A stretch of 47,189 nucleotides of DNA from assembly GCA_964556455.1 (NCBI GenBank), contig CAZKWI010000003.1, positions 1-47,189 of the forward strand. The letters are read 5' to 3'. The translations under genes and the position numbers were made by a program. This DNA comes from an uncultured Planctomycetia bacterium. Its GTDB lineage: Bacteria > Omnitrophota > Gorgyraeia > JABMRJ01. Below the pieces are notes generated by a model that saw nothing but the letters and a program-made list of their open reading frames with translations, had not been told where the DNA came from and ran no database searches. Shown here in pieces: positions 19,540 through 28,508 of the stretch (position 1 is the stretch's first letter; every line of letters starts with the position of its first letter).

Positions 19540-20984
19540 AAGTACTTTTCATATCGTCGGAGGTCTCGCCTTTCGCCAAGACAGGCGGATTGGGGGATGT
19601 CGCTGAGGCGCTTCCTCTAGCACTTAATGAGATAAAAGTTGACTGCAGCGTTATAATGCCGTTCTATAAGCTTGTCTGGGATAACGGCTTTTTCCCCAGC
19701 CTGTTCCGTTCCGGCATACCGCTCAAGATGGGAGCGAACGTCTCGACCTTCGATATCTATTTCATCAAATACAAGAACACCAAATTCTATTTTATAAAGA
19801 GCGACGATCTCTATAACAGGGACGGCCTATACGGCACGCCAAAGGGGGACCACGGCGACAACGCCCTTCGCTTCGGATTCTTCTCCAGAGCGGTACTGGA
19901 GTCTCTGCCTTTCATAGGGGAGCCGGATATACTCCATTGCAACGACTGGCAGTCCGGCCTCATACCGTTCTATCTGAAGCACTCTTATGAGAAAAGGCTC
20001 GATCCCAAAAAGATCAAAGTGCTCTTTACCATACATAATATGGCTTACCAGGGGCTTTTTAAACCGGATGTCATGGACGAGCTGGACCTCCCGAAAGAGT
20101 TTTTTACAATGGAAGGGTATGAGTTTTACGGGAAGCTCAGTTTAATAAAATCCGGCATAGTCTATTCAGACGCGATAAGCACTGTAAGCGAAGGTTACGC
20201 GAAAGAGATAGTTACCGAGGAATTCGGCTGCGGGCTGGACGGCATATTGAGAACAAGACAAAATGACCTTTATGGCATAGTCAACGGCGCGGACTACTCC
20301 ACATGGGACCCGAAAACCGACAGATTTATAACGAAAAATTACACTAAAGAGACCATCGGCTTAAAACTCGAATGCAAAAAAGACCTGGCTAAGGAATTTG
20401 ATATAGAATTTGACGAGTCGAAGCCGGTCATAGGCATGATAACGAGGCTTGCTGAGCAGAAAGGCGTGGACCTGGTCGTCAGCGGCATGGAGAGGCTGCT
20501 CAGTATGGGAGTCAATTTTGTTATCCTGGGTACCGGCGACGAAAGATACAACAGTCTCTTCAAGGACTTTTCCGGTAAATATAAAGGCAGGGCCGGGGCA
20601 ATGGTGGCGTTCAATAACCCCATAGCGCACAAGATAGAGGCCGGCTGCGACATGTTCCTTATGCCCTCCAGGTATGAGCCGTGCGGCCTGAACCAGATGT
20701 ACAGCCTCAAGTACGGGACTATACCCGTGGTAAGGGATACAGGCGGGCTCAGGGATACTATAGAGGATTATGATGCCGCGGCGAAGAAGGGCAACGGTTT
20801 TAAATTCAGCAGCCCGAATACCGAAGAGATGCTGAAGGCGGTCAAGCGCGCTGTCGATATCTTTAAGGACAAACCCGCCTGGAAGGCCCTGCAGTTGAAC
20901 GCCCTGAAGTACGATTTTTCATGGAATCGCTCGGCAAAGAAGTACGCGGAACTCTACAAGGCCATAAAGAGTAAGAGTAAATGA
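19536..20984 (+). CDS. glgA: Glycogen synthase
   Basis: SEVSPFAKTGGLGDV, HCNDWQ, FTIHNMAYQG, RLAEQKG, MPSRYEPCGLNQMYSLKYGT; TTG start. Confidence 0.96.
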   Translation: MKVLFISSEVSPFAKTGGLGDVAEALPLALNEIKVDCSVIMPFYKLVWDNGFFPSLFRSGIPLKMGANVSTFDIYFIKYKNTKFYFIKSDDLYNRDGLYGTPKGDHGDNALRFGFFSRAVLESLPFIGEPDILHCNDWQSGLIPFYLKHSYEKRLDPKKIKVLFTIHNMAYQGLFKPDVMDELDLPKEFFTMEGYEFYGKLSLIKSGIVYSDAISTVSEGYAKEIVTEEFGCGLDGILRTRQNDLYGIVNGADYSTWDPKTDRFITKNYTKETIGLKLECKKDLAKEFDIEFDESKPVIGMITRLAEQKGVDLVVSGMERLLSMGVNFVILGTGDERYNSLFKDFSGKYKGRAGAMVAFNNPIAHKIEAGCDMFLMPSRYEPCGLNQMYSLKYGTIPVVRDTGGLRDTIEDYDAAAKKGNGFKFSSPNTEEMLKAVKRAVDIFKDKPAWKALQLNALKYDFSWNRSAKKYAELYKAIKSKSK

Positions 20985-22942
20985 GAAGAGTGGATCTTGC
21001 CATAGCCCTGCATTTTCACCAGCCTGTAGGGAATTTCACCGAAATTTTCGAAAGGGCCTACGAGCGCTGCTACAGGCCTTTCCTAAAACACCTTTCTTAT
21101 TATCCGGACATACAGATGACCCTGCATATATCCGGCAGCCTTCTTGAATTTTTCCAGAAGTCGCACCCTGAGATCCTCAAGACCATAAAGGATATGCTAT
21201 CGAGAGGGCAGATAGAGATCATGGGCGGCCCCTTTTATGAGCCCATACTCCCCGCCATACCTCCGAGGGATATCAGGGGGCAGATGGCCCTGATGCGCAG
21301 GAATTTAAAGGATGAGTTCTCTATCGCCCCTAAAGGGGCGTGGATACCCGAACGTGTCTGGAGACCTTCCATAATAAAGGATCTCCACAGGCAAGGGGCG
21401 CGCTACTGCATACTTGATGATACGCATCTTATAAAGGCGGGAAAGAAAAAGTCCGATACATACGGCTTTTTCACGACAGGAGGCCTTTTTCGAAGGATAG
21501 CCGTTTTTGCCAGCGATAAACGCCTGCGCTATACCATACCGTTCAAAGAGCCGCAGGAGACCATAGATTATTTCAGGAGCGCTTCATCGAGCACTGAGAG
21601 GCCGCTTTTTGTGTACGCCGATGACGTCGAGAAGTTCGGTGAGTGGCCCGGCACATATGGCTGGGTATATAAGGATGGCTGGATAAGGAGATTCTTTGAC
21701 GCTATAAACAGGAACAGGGAGTGGATAAATACGGTAAAGTTCTCGGATTACACCGGATCGCACAGGCCGTTATCAAAGGTGAAGATACCGGAGGCCTCGT
21801 ATGAAGAGATGGAAGAATGGGCGGGAGGCTCGTGGCTCAATTTTTTAAAGAAGTACCCGGAAGCGGACCATATATATAGGAAGATGCGCTATGTCAGCGA
21901 TAAGGTGCGATGGCTGTGGATGTGTTTTACGAAAAAGCAGAGGCAAAGGCGGCACTGGGCTAAAGTGGAGCTCTACAGAGGGCAGTGCAACTGCGGGTGG
22001 TGGCACGGTGTTTTCGGGGGGCTCTATATGTATCATCTAAGGAGCGCTGTTTACAACCACCTTATAGCCGCCGCTAATATAGCTGACGGCGCAGGTCCGG
22101 GGAAGAAGGCGCCGCTCAAGATAAAAGAGCTCGATTATGACGGTGACGGCAGGAACGAGTTTATCGCGGAGAACAATCTCCTGTCATTGTATTTTGACCC
22201 TGAAGACGGCGGCAGCCTGAAAGAGCTTGACTACAGGCCTATCTGTGCGAATATCATAAACGGTATATCACGAAAGACAGAGCCCTATCACAAGGAAGTC
22301 GGAAAAAAAGAGCCTTCCCTGGCAAAGAAGCTCCTGTATGATAAGTACGAGCGGAGCTGCCTGAGAGATTATTTTCTGCCGGCCGGGCTGTCCATGAAAG
22401 ACTTTGTCTCCGGTAAATTCGATGCCTATAGCAGGTTCGAGAACGGCCCTTATGCCGCCGCAAGGATCCCCGGAGGCCTTGTGCTGGAGCTTAATTCCAG
22501 GGTAAAAGGTCTGGAACTCAAGCTGTCTAAAGAAGTTACGGTCAGTGATAATATAGTGAAAATACAGTATATCATAAAGAAACTTGCCGGCAGCGAAGGT
22601 GATATCCTTTTTGGGACAGAGTTCAACCTTACGATGCCGTATCTCAATTCAGAGAGGTATCGTTATTTTTCGAACGGCAGGATGCTGGGAACGCTCAATA
22701 CTGCCGGCAGCACAGCGGACACAGCCTCTTTTGAGATACGAGACTCAGGCATAGAGACGGACCTGGAGTTCAAATTCTCCAGGAAGCCGCAGGAGATATG
22801 GTATTTTCCGGTTGAGACCGTCTCTAAATCGCAGGTTTCATATACAGCGAACTTCCAGTGCTCCTGTGTGTTTCCCCTGTGGAAGCCGGTATTTAACAAA
22901 GAGGGCCTCTGGCAGGCAAAAATAGCCTGGAAGGTGGGCTAG
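20981..22942 (+). CDS. GH57 family alpha-amylase/4-alpha-glucanotransferase
   Basis: HFHQP, GGPFYEPIL, GAWIPERVW (nucleophile Glu), DDVEKFGEWP (acid/base Asp), QCNCGWWHGVFGGLY; next to glgA. Confidence 0.9.
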   Translation: MRRVDLAIALHFHQPVGNFTEIFERAYERCYRPFLKHLSYYPDIQMTLHISGSLLEFFQKSHPEILKTIKDMLSRGQIEIMGGPFYEPILPAIPPRDIRGQMALMRRNLKDEFSIAPKGAWIPERVWRPSIIKDLHRQGARYCILDDTHLIKAGKKKSDTYGFFTTGGLFRRIAVFASDKRLRYTIPFKEPQETIDYFRSASSSTERPLFVYADDVEKFGEWPGTYGWVYKDGWIRRFFDAINRNREWINTVKFSDYTGSHRPLSKVKIPEASYEEMEEWAGGSWLNFLKKYPEADHIYRKMRYVSDKVRWLWMCFTKKQRQRRHWAKVELYRGQCNCGWWHGVFGGLYMYHLRSAVYNHLIAAANIADGAGPGKKAPLKIKELDYDGDGRNEFIAENNLLSLYFDPEDGGSLKELDYRPICANIINGISRKTEPYHKEVGKKEPSLAKKLLYDKYERSCLRDYFLPAGLSMKDFVSGKFDAYSRFENGPYAAARIPGGLVLELNSRVKGLELKLSKEVTVSDNIVKIQYIIKKLAGSEGDILFGTEFNLTMPYLNSERYRYFSNGRMLGTLNTAGSTADTASFEIRDSGIETDLEFKFSRKPQEIWYFPVETVSKSQVSYTANFQCSCVFPLWKPVFNKEGLWQAKIAWKVG

Positions 22943-22964
22943 GACAAAAAAAATTTATTCAGGC

Positions 22965-22993
22965 TTGCAAAACTACCTTTTTACAGGTATACT
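22965..22993 (+). promoter_or_regulatory. Putative sigma70 promoter
   Basis: TTGCAA-17 nt-TATACT in an AT-rich intergenic region. Confidence 0.55.
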
Positions 22994-23078
22994 TAATAAA
23001 GCAATCTTACTTTTGCGTAAGAATTATATATTATTGAAAATAAAACGTATTGAAAATATTCTAAAAGGGGGTGAATTT

Positions 23079-23306
23079 ATGAGTAAGAAGTCAGCAGTAT
23101 TGATATTTGCTCTTTTCTTGGCTATGGTATTAGCTGTTAATACCTCTTTAGTCTTCGCCGAAGGCGACACTGAATTATTAAAAGAAAAGACCGCAAAGCT
23201 GGCCAGAATGAAGAAGATGCTGGACTCTATGAAGAAGGCGCAGGCGGCTATAAGCGACACAAAAGACCAGGATACTATGAAGACAAGGGCCGGCGTAGAC
23301 CAATAG
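23079..23306 (+). CDS. Small exported hypothetical protein (75 aa)
   Basis: GGGGGTG RBS, ATG 23079, signal peptide ending VFA-E, charged helical mature region. Confidence 0.6.
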   Translation: MSKKSAVLIFALFLAMVLAVNTSLVFAEGDTELLKEKTAKLARMKKMLDSMKKAQAAISDTKDQDTMKTRAGVDQ

Positions 23307-23335
23307 AAATATTATTATAAGAAGAAGGAGGTAAT

Positions 23336-24349
23336 GTGATGAAACAGAAGGGGATAGCGATACTGTGTCTCTTCTTATTCATTGGGCTGGCCCTATCTTC
23401 CACCAGGGCGTCGGCTTTTGAATATGATGAGCATATAAACCTCGAACCGGGAGAGCTCAGAATAGCGGATGTGGACGTGGATGTGACCGCGTCGTCTTCC
23501 GCGGGATACAATTCGAACCCGAACCTTAACAAATATGATGAGGACTCAAGTCTCTTTTGGCAGAGCACCCTGGGCATAAACGGGACATTTGAATTCCTAA
23601 ACGCCTTCACATTGACAGGCGCGTATGATCTTACAAATATAAAGTATTTCGCGTTCTCCCATCCGAATTATGTGAATAATGCCTTGAGCATAAACCTGGA
23701 TGGAAAGATCATGGATACGACTTTTGTAGCTTTTGTAGGGTATACGAAGGATTTCGCAAGATTCACGCACGATGAGCTCAGCAATCACAACGTCGGCACG
23801 CTTGAAACAGGCATAAGGCATACCTGGAATGACTGGCTCTTCAACAAGATAAGCTATAGGCTCGCGAAAACAGACTATACCAAGATAAGGACGAGGAACC
23901 AATGGGGCTTTGTCAGAGGCGATCAGAGAAAAGACGATAATAATGCCGTTGTGCATACTATCGACGCCTATATCGGCGACAGGACCATGGTATCGGCGAC
24001 CAGCGAGCTCGCGCATAACGATTCGAACGAGCTCTTCCTGGACTACTACGACTATTTCACCTACGGGACAGGCGTAGAAGTCAGCCATCTCGTTCTGGAT
24101 AACCTCATAGTCTCCGCGAATGCCGGTTACCAGCGCACCGCGTATGAGAGGCGCAGCGTTTCAGACACTATCGGAGAGGCTATTGACCAGCATGATGACC
24201 TCTATACCTGCGGCGCCTCAGCTTTTTACGATGTAACCCCTAATGTATCGTTGGGCACGACCTTCGATTTCAGCGACAATAATTCCAACGAACTGATGGA
24301 TGAATACGAAAGTGTAGTCGTGACCGGAGGGGTGTACTGCTCGTTCTAA
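23336..24349 (+). CDS. Outer-membrane beta-barrel protein of unknown function
   Basis: AAGGAGG RBS, signal peptide (ASA-F), alternating amphipathic strands rich in Y/F/D/N, C-terminal GGVYCSF beta-signal. Confidence 0.75.
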   Translation: MMKQKGIAILCLFLFIGLALSSTRASAFEYDEHINLEPGELRIADVDVDVTASSSAGYNSNPNLNKYDEDSSLFWQSTLGINGTFEFLNAFTLTGAYDLTNIKYFAFSHPNYVNNALSINLDGKIMDTTFVAFVGYTKDFARFTHDELSNHNVGTLETGIRHTWNDWLFNKISYRLAKTDYTKIRTRNQWGFVRGDQRKDDNNAVVHTIDAYIGDRTMVSATSELAHNDSNELFLDYYDYFTYGTGVEVSHLVLDNLIVSANAGYQRTAYERRSVSDTIGEAIDQHDDLYTCGASAFYDVTPNVSLGTTFDFSDNNSNELMDEYESVVVTGGVYCSF

Positions 24350-24365
24350 GGACTTTTTACGACCG

Positions 24366-24403
24366 AAAAAATAAGCCGGGTTTAAACCCGGCTTATTTTT
24401 TTT
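24366..24403. terminator. Intrinsic terminator (symmetrical)
   Basis: AAAAAATAAGCCGGGTTT/AAACCCGGCTTATTTTTT perfect palindrome followed by a T-tract, just downstream of the OMP gene. Confidence 0.85.
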
Positions 24404-24478
24404 AGTTTTTTCCTCCCTCGAATGTAATGCTCCCTTTGGTCGCATTCTCGGGATAAAATTTATTTTAATAAATTTCAC

Positions 24479-24507
24479 TTGACAAACCCGACTCCCTGTG
24501 ATATATT
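24479..24507 (+). promoter_or_regulatory. Putative sigma70 promoter of the nitrogen-assimilation operon
   Basis: TTGACA (24479-84)-17 nt-TATATT (24502-07) with TG extended -10 and AT-rich upstream element. Confidence 0.75.
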
Positions 24508-24526
24508 ATTTATGTTGTTGAAGTAA

Positions 24527-24583
24527 GCACAAAGATTGTGCAAATAGTGCAATGAGGCGTTCATGATGAACGCCATTTTTTTT
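24527..24583 (+). promoter_or_regulatory. Leader attenuator 1: ANTAR-type hairpin(s) overlapping an intrinsic terminator
   Basis: GCAC-AAAGATT-GTGC then GTGC-AATGAG-GCGT (A1/G4 loop), whose 3' arm overlaps terminator GGCGTTCA-TGA-TGAACGCC-ATTTTTTTT. Confidence 0.65.
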
Positions 24584-24627
24584 GACCAGGATTTGAATTT
24601 ACGTAACTTACTTAGTAGTAAGGAGTT

Positions 24628-24679
24628 AGGGTAACGAAGCCCTTTTCAGCAAAGTCGTTTGCTGAACCGGGCTTTTTTT
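24628..24679 (+). promoter_or_regulatory. Leader attenuator 2: dual-hexaloop ANTAR target overlapping an intrinsic terminator
   Basis: AGGGT-AACGAA-GCCCT and AGC-AAAGTC-GTT (both loops A1/G4), mutually exclusive with terminator AAGCCC-TT-TTCAGCAAA-GTCG-TTTGCTGAA-CC-GGGCTT-TTTTT. Confidence 0.75.
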
Positions 24680-24717
24680 ATTTTCAACGATCTGTTAAGC
24701 AAAAACAGGAGTTAACA

Positions 24718-25458
24718 ATGAGACTCTTAACCCTAACTTTTTTGTTAAGCATTTTAGCTATGCCCGCGGCTTTTGCGGGTGAGATCCTGAAAGATATCGA
24801 CATAGGAGGCAGTATGCCGTTCTACACCTCATATATATGGAGGGCTCAGAATCTGGTAGATGACCCGGTATTCCAGCCGGCCGCCTATGTTTCTTACAAG
24901 GGTTTTTCCTTCAATTTCTGGAGTAACTGGGATGTCATAGAAGGAGATGAATTTACCGAAATAGACTACACATGGGACTACTCGACTGACCTCAGTTTTA
25001 TCGATCAGGAAGAAAGCAGTTTCCTTAATATGGTGAATGTTACCGGCGGTTACACTTTCTACACGTTCCCGAACCTTGATAGTGACGATACCAGCCACGA
25101 GGCATTCGCCGGAATTTCGCTTGATACCATGCTTAATCCGACCTATACGGCTTACTGGGATTTTGATGAAGGCGACGGCTGGTACCATGAATGGGGCATA
25201 GGGCACACGTTTGACCTTGATCCTGTATCTATAGATACAGGATTTTCCATGGGGCTCAATGTTGAACAATGGGGCTTTGATACAAGTCTTACGGCGCTCA
25301 ATTTTTCAGGGAGCATCTCCGTGCCGCTTGATAGGCTCTTTAATCTCGCAGCCTTCAAATATGTGACACTGAGGCCGGATATAACCTACTCCCTGCCGCT
25401 CGATGACCAGTACGAACATGAGCTGTATGGCGGGGTATATATAGGAATAGATCTGTAA
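24718..25458 (+). CDS. Putative outer-membrane porin, TorF/MipA-like
   Basis: Signal peptide (AFA-G), SYIWRAQ..DDPVFQP, FTEIDYT, GGYTFYTFP motifs, amphipathic beta strands; directly upstream of amt. Confidence 0.7.
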   Translation: MRLLTLTFLLSILAMPAAFAGEILKDIDIGGSMPFYTSYIWRAQNLVDDPVFQPAAYVSYKGFSFNFWSNWDVIEGDEFTEIDYTWDYSTDLSFIDQEESSFLNMVNVTGGYTFYTFPNLDSDDTSHEAFAGISLDTMLNPTYTAYWDFDEGDGWYHEWGIGHTFDLDPVSIDTGFSMGLNVEQWGFDTSLTALNFSGSISVPLDRLFNLAAFKYVTLRPDITYSLPLDDQYEHELYGGVYIGIDL

Positions 25459-25488
25459 AACACAAATTAAGACAAGAAGGAGTCAGCT

Positions 25489-26766
25489 ATGTCTATTGAA
25501 ACTAATGCAGTCGCGATCGATACGATTTGGACGTTGATCGCCGCCTTTCTGGTATTTTTTATGCAGGCGGGATTTGCGATGGTTGAGACCGGTTTCACCA
25601 GAGCCAAGAATGCCTGTAACATCTTAATGAAGAATCTTATGGATTTCAGCCTTGGCTCAATAGCATTCTGGTTGGTCGGTTTTGGGATCATGTTTGGCAC
25701 GAGTGGATCTGGGCTCATCGGGACCGATGGTTTTTTCTTGAGCACTGCTAACCCTACAACACCTGAGGGGCTATGGCAATTTGCCTTTTGGATGTTCCAG
25801 GCGGTCTTTGCCGCTACCGCGGCAACGATCGTTTCAGGTGCGATGGCGGAAAGGACGAAATTCCCGGCGTACCTTATATATTCATTCTTTATATGCGCGT
25901 TCATCTATCCTGTAGTAGGACATTGGATCTGGGGAGGTGGATGGCTGAGTAATAAAGGGATGATAGATTTTGCCGGCTCTACTGTGGTGCATTCCGTGGG
26001 CGGTTGGGCAGCATTGGCCGGAGCTTTAGTACTCGGCCCGAGGCTGGGTAAGTATAAAAAAGACGGTTCTTCTAATGCTATACCGGGTCACAGCATTCCA
26101 TTAGCCGCGCTGGGTGTTTTTATACTCTGGTTCGGATGGTTTGGATTTAACGCAGGAAGCACAACTGCGGGGACGAATTTGAGCATAGCCACTATAGCGG
26201 TGACCACCAATTTAGCCGCAGCGGCCGGAGCGGTCCTGGCTATGTTTACTACATGGATAAGGTTCAAAAAGCCGGATACCAGTATGGCCTTAAACGGCGC
26301 TTTAGCAGGATTGGTGGCCATAACAGCGCCTTGTGCCAGCGTATCTGCGTTGAGCGCTATTATCATCGGAGCGATAGGCGGTGTGTTAGTGGTCTTCAGC
26401 ATAGAGCTTATTGACAAGGTGTTGCGTATAGACGACCCTGTCGGCGCAATATCAGTTCACGGAGTCTGCGGTGCATGGGGCACCCTTGCCGTAGGCCTCT
26501 TTGCCGAAGCCGCTTATGGCCAGGCAAGCGGTGTAGGGGCTGTTAACGGACTCTTTTTCGGAGGAGGAATGGCCCAGCTTATTACACAGTTGACAGGCGT
26601 TGCCTCTGTTTTTGCATGGGTCTTCGGGGTAGGACTTGTTCTTTTCTGTGTCATCAAGAGTACTATAGGATTAAGGGTTTCTGATGAAGAGCAGCTGAAA
26701 GGGCTGGATATAGGCGAACACGGAATGGAATCATACGCAGGATTCCAGATATTTACTACACAATAA
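25489..26766 (+). CDS. amtB: Ammonium transporter
   Basis: FMQAGFAMVETG, FQAVFAATAATIVSGAMAER, DFAGSTVVHSVGG, LWFGWFGFNAGS, IDDPVGAISVHG. Confidence 0.97.
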   Translation: MSIETNAVAIDTIWTLIAAFLVFFMQAGFAMVETGFTRAKNACNILMKNLMDFSLGSIAFWLVGFGIMFGTSGSGLIGTDGFFLSTANPTTPEGLWQFAFWMFQAVFAATAATIVSGAMAERTKFPAYLIYSFFICAFIYPVVGHWIWGGGWLSNKGMIDFAGSTVVHSVGGWAALAGALVLGPRLGKYKKDGSSNAIPGHSIPLAALGVFILWFGWFGFNAGSTTAGTNLSIATIAVTTNLAAAAGAVLAMFTTWIRFKKPDTSMALNGALAGLVAITAPCASVSALSAIIIGAIGGVLVVFSIELIDKVLRIDDPVGAISVHGVCGAWGTLAVGLFAEAAYGQASGVGAVNGLFFGGGMAQLITQLTGVASVFAWVFGVGLVLFCVIKSTIGLRVSDEEQLKGLDIGEHGMESYAGFQIFTTQ

Positions 26767-26802
26767 CTTAATGGGGACAAAAAAAGAGAGGGAGGTGTCA
26801 AA

Positions 26803-27144
26803 ATGAAACTTATAATCGCGATGATACAGCCTCATAAATTACCCGATGTTAAACAGGCGCTCTATGATGCGGATGTTTTTAAGATGACCGTAACCAATGC
26901 CCTGGGATGTGGTCAGCAGAAGGGTTTTACCGAAACCTACAGGGGTGTTGTCCATGAGATCAATCTCCTGAAGAAGATCAGGCTCGAGATAGCGGTGAAT
27001 GATGATTTTGTAAAGCCTACGGTCAATGCTGTAATAAGAGGCGCAAAGACCGGCAAGATAGGGGACGGCAAGATATTTGTAATGGACCTGCCGGAATGTA
27101 TAAGGATAAGGACAGGTGCCCGTGGCAGCAGTGCAGTAGGCTAA
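26803..27144 (+). CDS. glnK: PII nitrogen regulatory protein (GlnK by its linkage to amt)
   Basis: 113 aa with GCGQQKG..E.YRG and [17 protein letters not shown] motifs. Confidence 0.92.
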   Translation: MKLIIAMIQPHKLPDVKQALYDADVFKMTVTNALGCGQQKGFTETYRGVVHEINLLKKIRLEIAVNDDFVKPTVNAVIRGAKTGKIGDGKIFVMDLPECIRIRTGARGSSAVG

Positions 27145-27162
27145 AACAAGGAGGAGGAAGAG

Positions 27163-28494
27163 ATGGGAAAGTTAACGAAGAAGGATGTGTTGAAGATCGC
27201 GAAAGAGAAGGATGTGAAGTTCATAAGGCTCTGGTTCACCGATATATTCGGTCAGGTGAAGAGTTTCTCTATCACCGATAATGAGCTGGAGAATGCACTG
27301 GAGAACGGGATGGGCTTTGACGGCTCGTCTATCACAGGTTATCAGGATATAGAGGAGTCGGATATGATAGCGATGCCTGACCCCTCTACATTTGCGCTCC
27401 TGCCGTGGAGGCCCAAGGAGAAGGCGGTCGGACGCATGATATGCGATATACTTCAGCCTTCGAAAGAGCCGTATGAAGGCGACCCGCGTTATATCCTGAA
27501 GAAGGCGCTGGAGAGGGCGAAGAATATGGGTTTCGACCATTTCTATTTAGGCCCGGAGCTCGAATACTTCTATTTTAAGAACGATAGCTCCACGGAGATA
27601 CTGGATAAAGGCGGGTATTTCGATCTTACCACACTGGATGTGGCGAGTGACTTAAGGAGAGACACCATATTCTCGCTCGAGAGTATGGGCATACAGATAG
27701 AGTATTCGCATCACGAAGTGGCGCCGTCACAGCATGAGATCGATATGCGCTATGCGGACGCCCTGAAGATGGCGGACGACGTGATAAGCTACCGCGTGGC
27801 CGTAAAGGAGATCGCGAGAAAATACGGGGTGTACGCTACCTTTATGCCGAAGCCGATATTCGGACAGAACGGAAGCGGTATGCATACGCACCAATCACTC
27901 TTTAAGGGCAGTGAAAATGCGTTCTTTGACGCGAACGATAAGCATAATCTCTCGGATACGGCGAAGAAATATATAGCCGGACTCCTTACTCATGGCAAAG
28001 AGATCTGCTCTATATTCGCCCAGTGGACAAACTCTTATAAGAGGCTTGTCCCCGGATACGAGGCCCCTGTGTATCTCGGGTGGAGCCAGCGTAACAGGAG
28101 CGCTCTTATAAGGGTGCCTTGTTACCACCCCGGAAAAGAAAAGGCGACAAGGGCGGAATTTCGTTCACCGGACCCGTCATGCAACCCGTACCTTACTTTC
28201 GCGGCTATGCTCCATGCGGGGCTTGAGGGTATAGAGAAAGGGTATAAGCTGGCGGATCCGATAGATAAGAATCTCTATCACTTGAGTGACAGCCAGAGGA
28301 AATCGATGGGTATAGAGGCCTTGCCGGACAGCCTGGGAAGCGCCATAGCGGTAACCGAGCAGAGCGAACTTGTGAAAAAGGCGTTAGGCGACCATATCTT
28401 CCCACGTTATATTGAACTTAAGAAAAAGGAATGGGAAGATTACAGGATACAGGTGACGAAGTACGAGCTGGACAGGCTGCTGCCTATACTATAA
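27163..28494 (+). CDS. glnA: Glutamine synthetase type I (GSI-alpha length, 443 aa)
   Basis: FDGSSITG, GPELEYF, HHEVAPSQHEI, TFMPKPIFGQNGSGMHTHQSL, NSYKRLVPGYEAP, NRSALIRVP, EFRSPDPSCNPYL. Confidence 0.96.
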   Translation: MGKLTKKDVLKIAKEKDVKFIRLWFTDIFGQVKSFSITDNELENALENGMGFDGSSITGYQDIEESDMIAMPDPSTFALLPWRPKEKAVGRMICDILQPSKEPYEGDPRYILKKALERAKNMGFDHFYLGPELEYFYFKNDSSTEILDKGGYFDLTTLDVASDLRRDTIFSLESMGIQIEYSHHEVAPSQHEIDMRYADALKMADDVISYRVAVKEIARKYGVYATFMPKPIFGQNGSGMHTHQSLFKGSENAFFDANDKHNLSDTAKKYIAGLLTHGKEICSIFAQWTNSYKRLVPGYEAPVYLGWSQRNRSALIRVPCYHPGKEKATRAEFRSPDPSCNPYLTFAAMLHAGLEGIEKGYKLADPIDKNLYHLSDSQRKSMGIEALPDSLGSAIAVTEQSELVKKALGDHIFPRYIELKKKEWEDYRIQVTKYELDRLLPIL

Positions 28495-28508
28495 GAGTGA
28501 GGCGTCCC

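Noticed and set aside
24520-24552. Possible sigma54 promoter upstream of the nitrogen operon
   Set aside because: GCAC...TTG is present but the invariant GG at -24 with GC at -12 is absent; a good sigma70 promoter is present instead
28255-28285. DKNLYHL adenylylation-like motif in GlnA
   Set aside because: The Tyr is also present in non-adenylylated GSI-alpha enzymes, so it is not diagnostic
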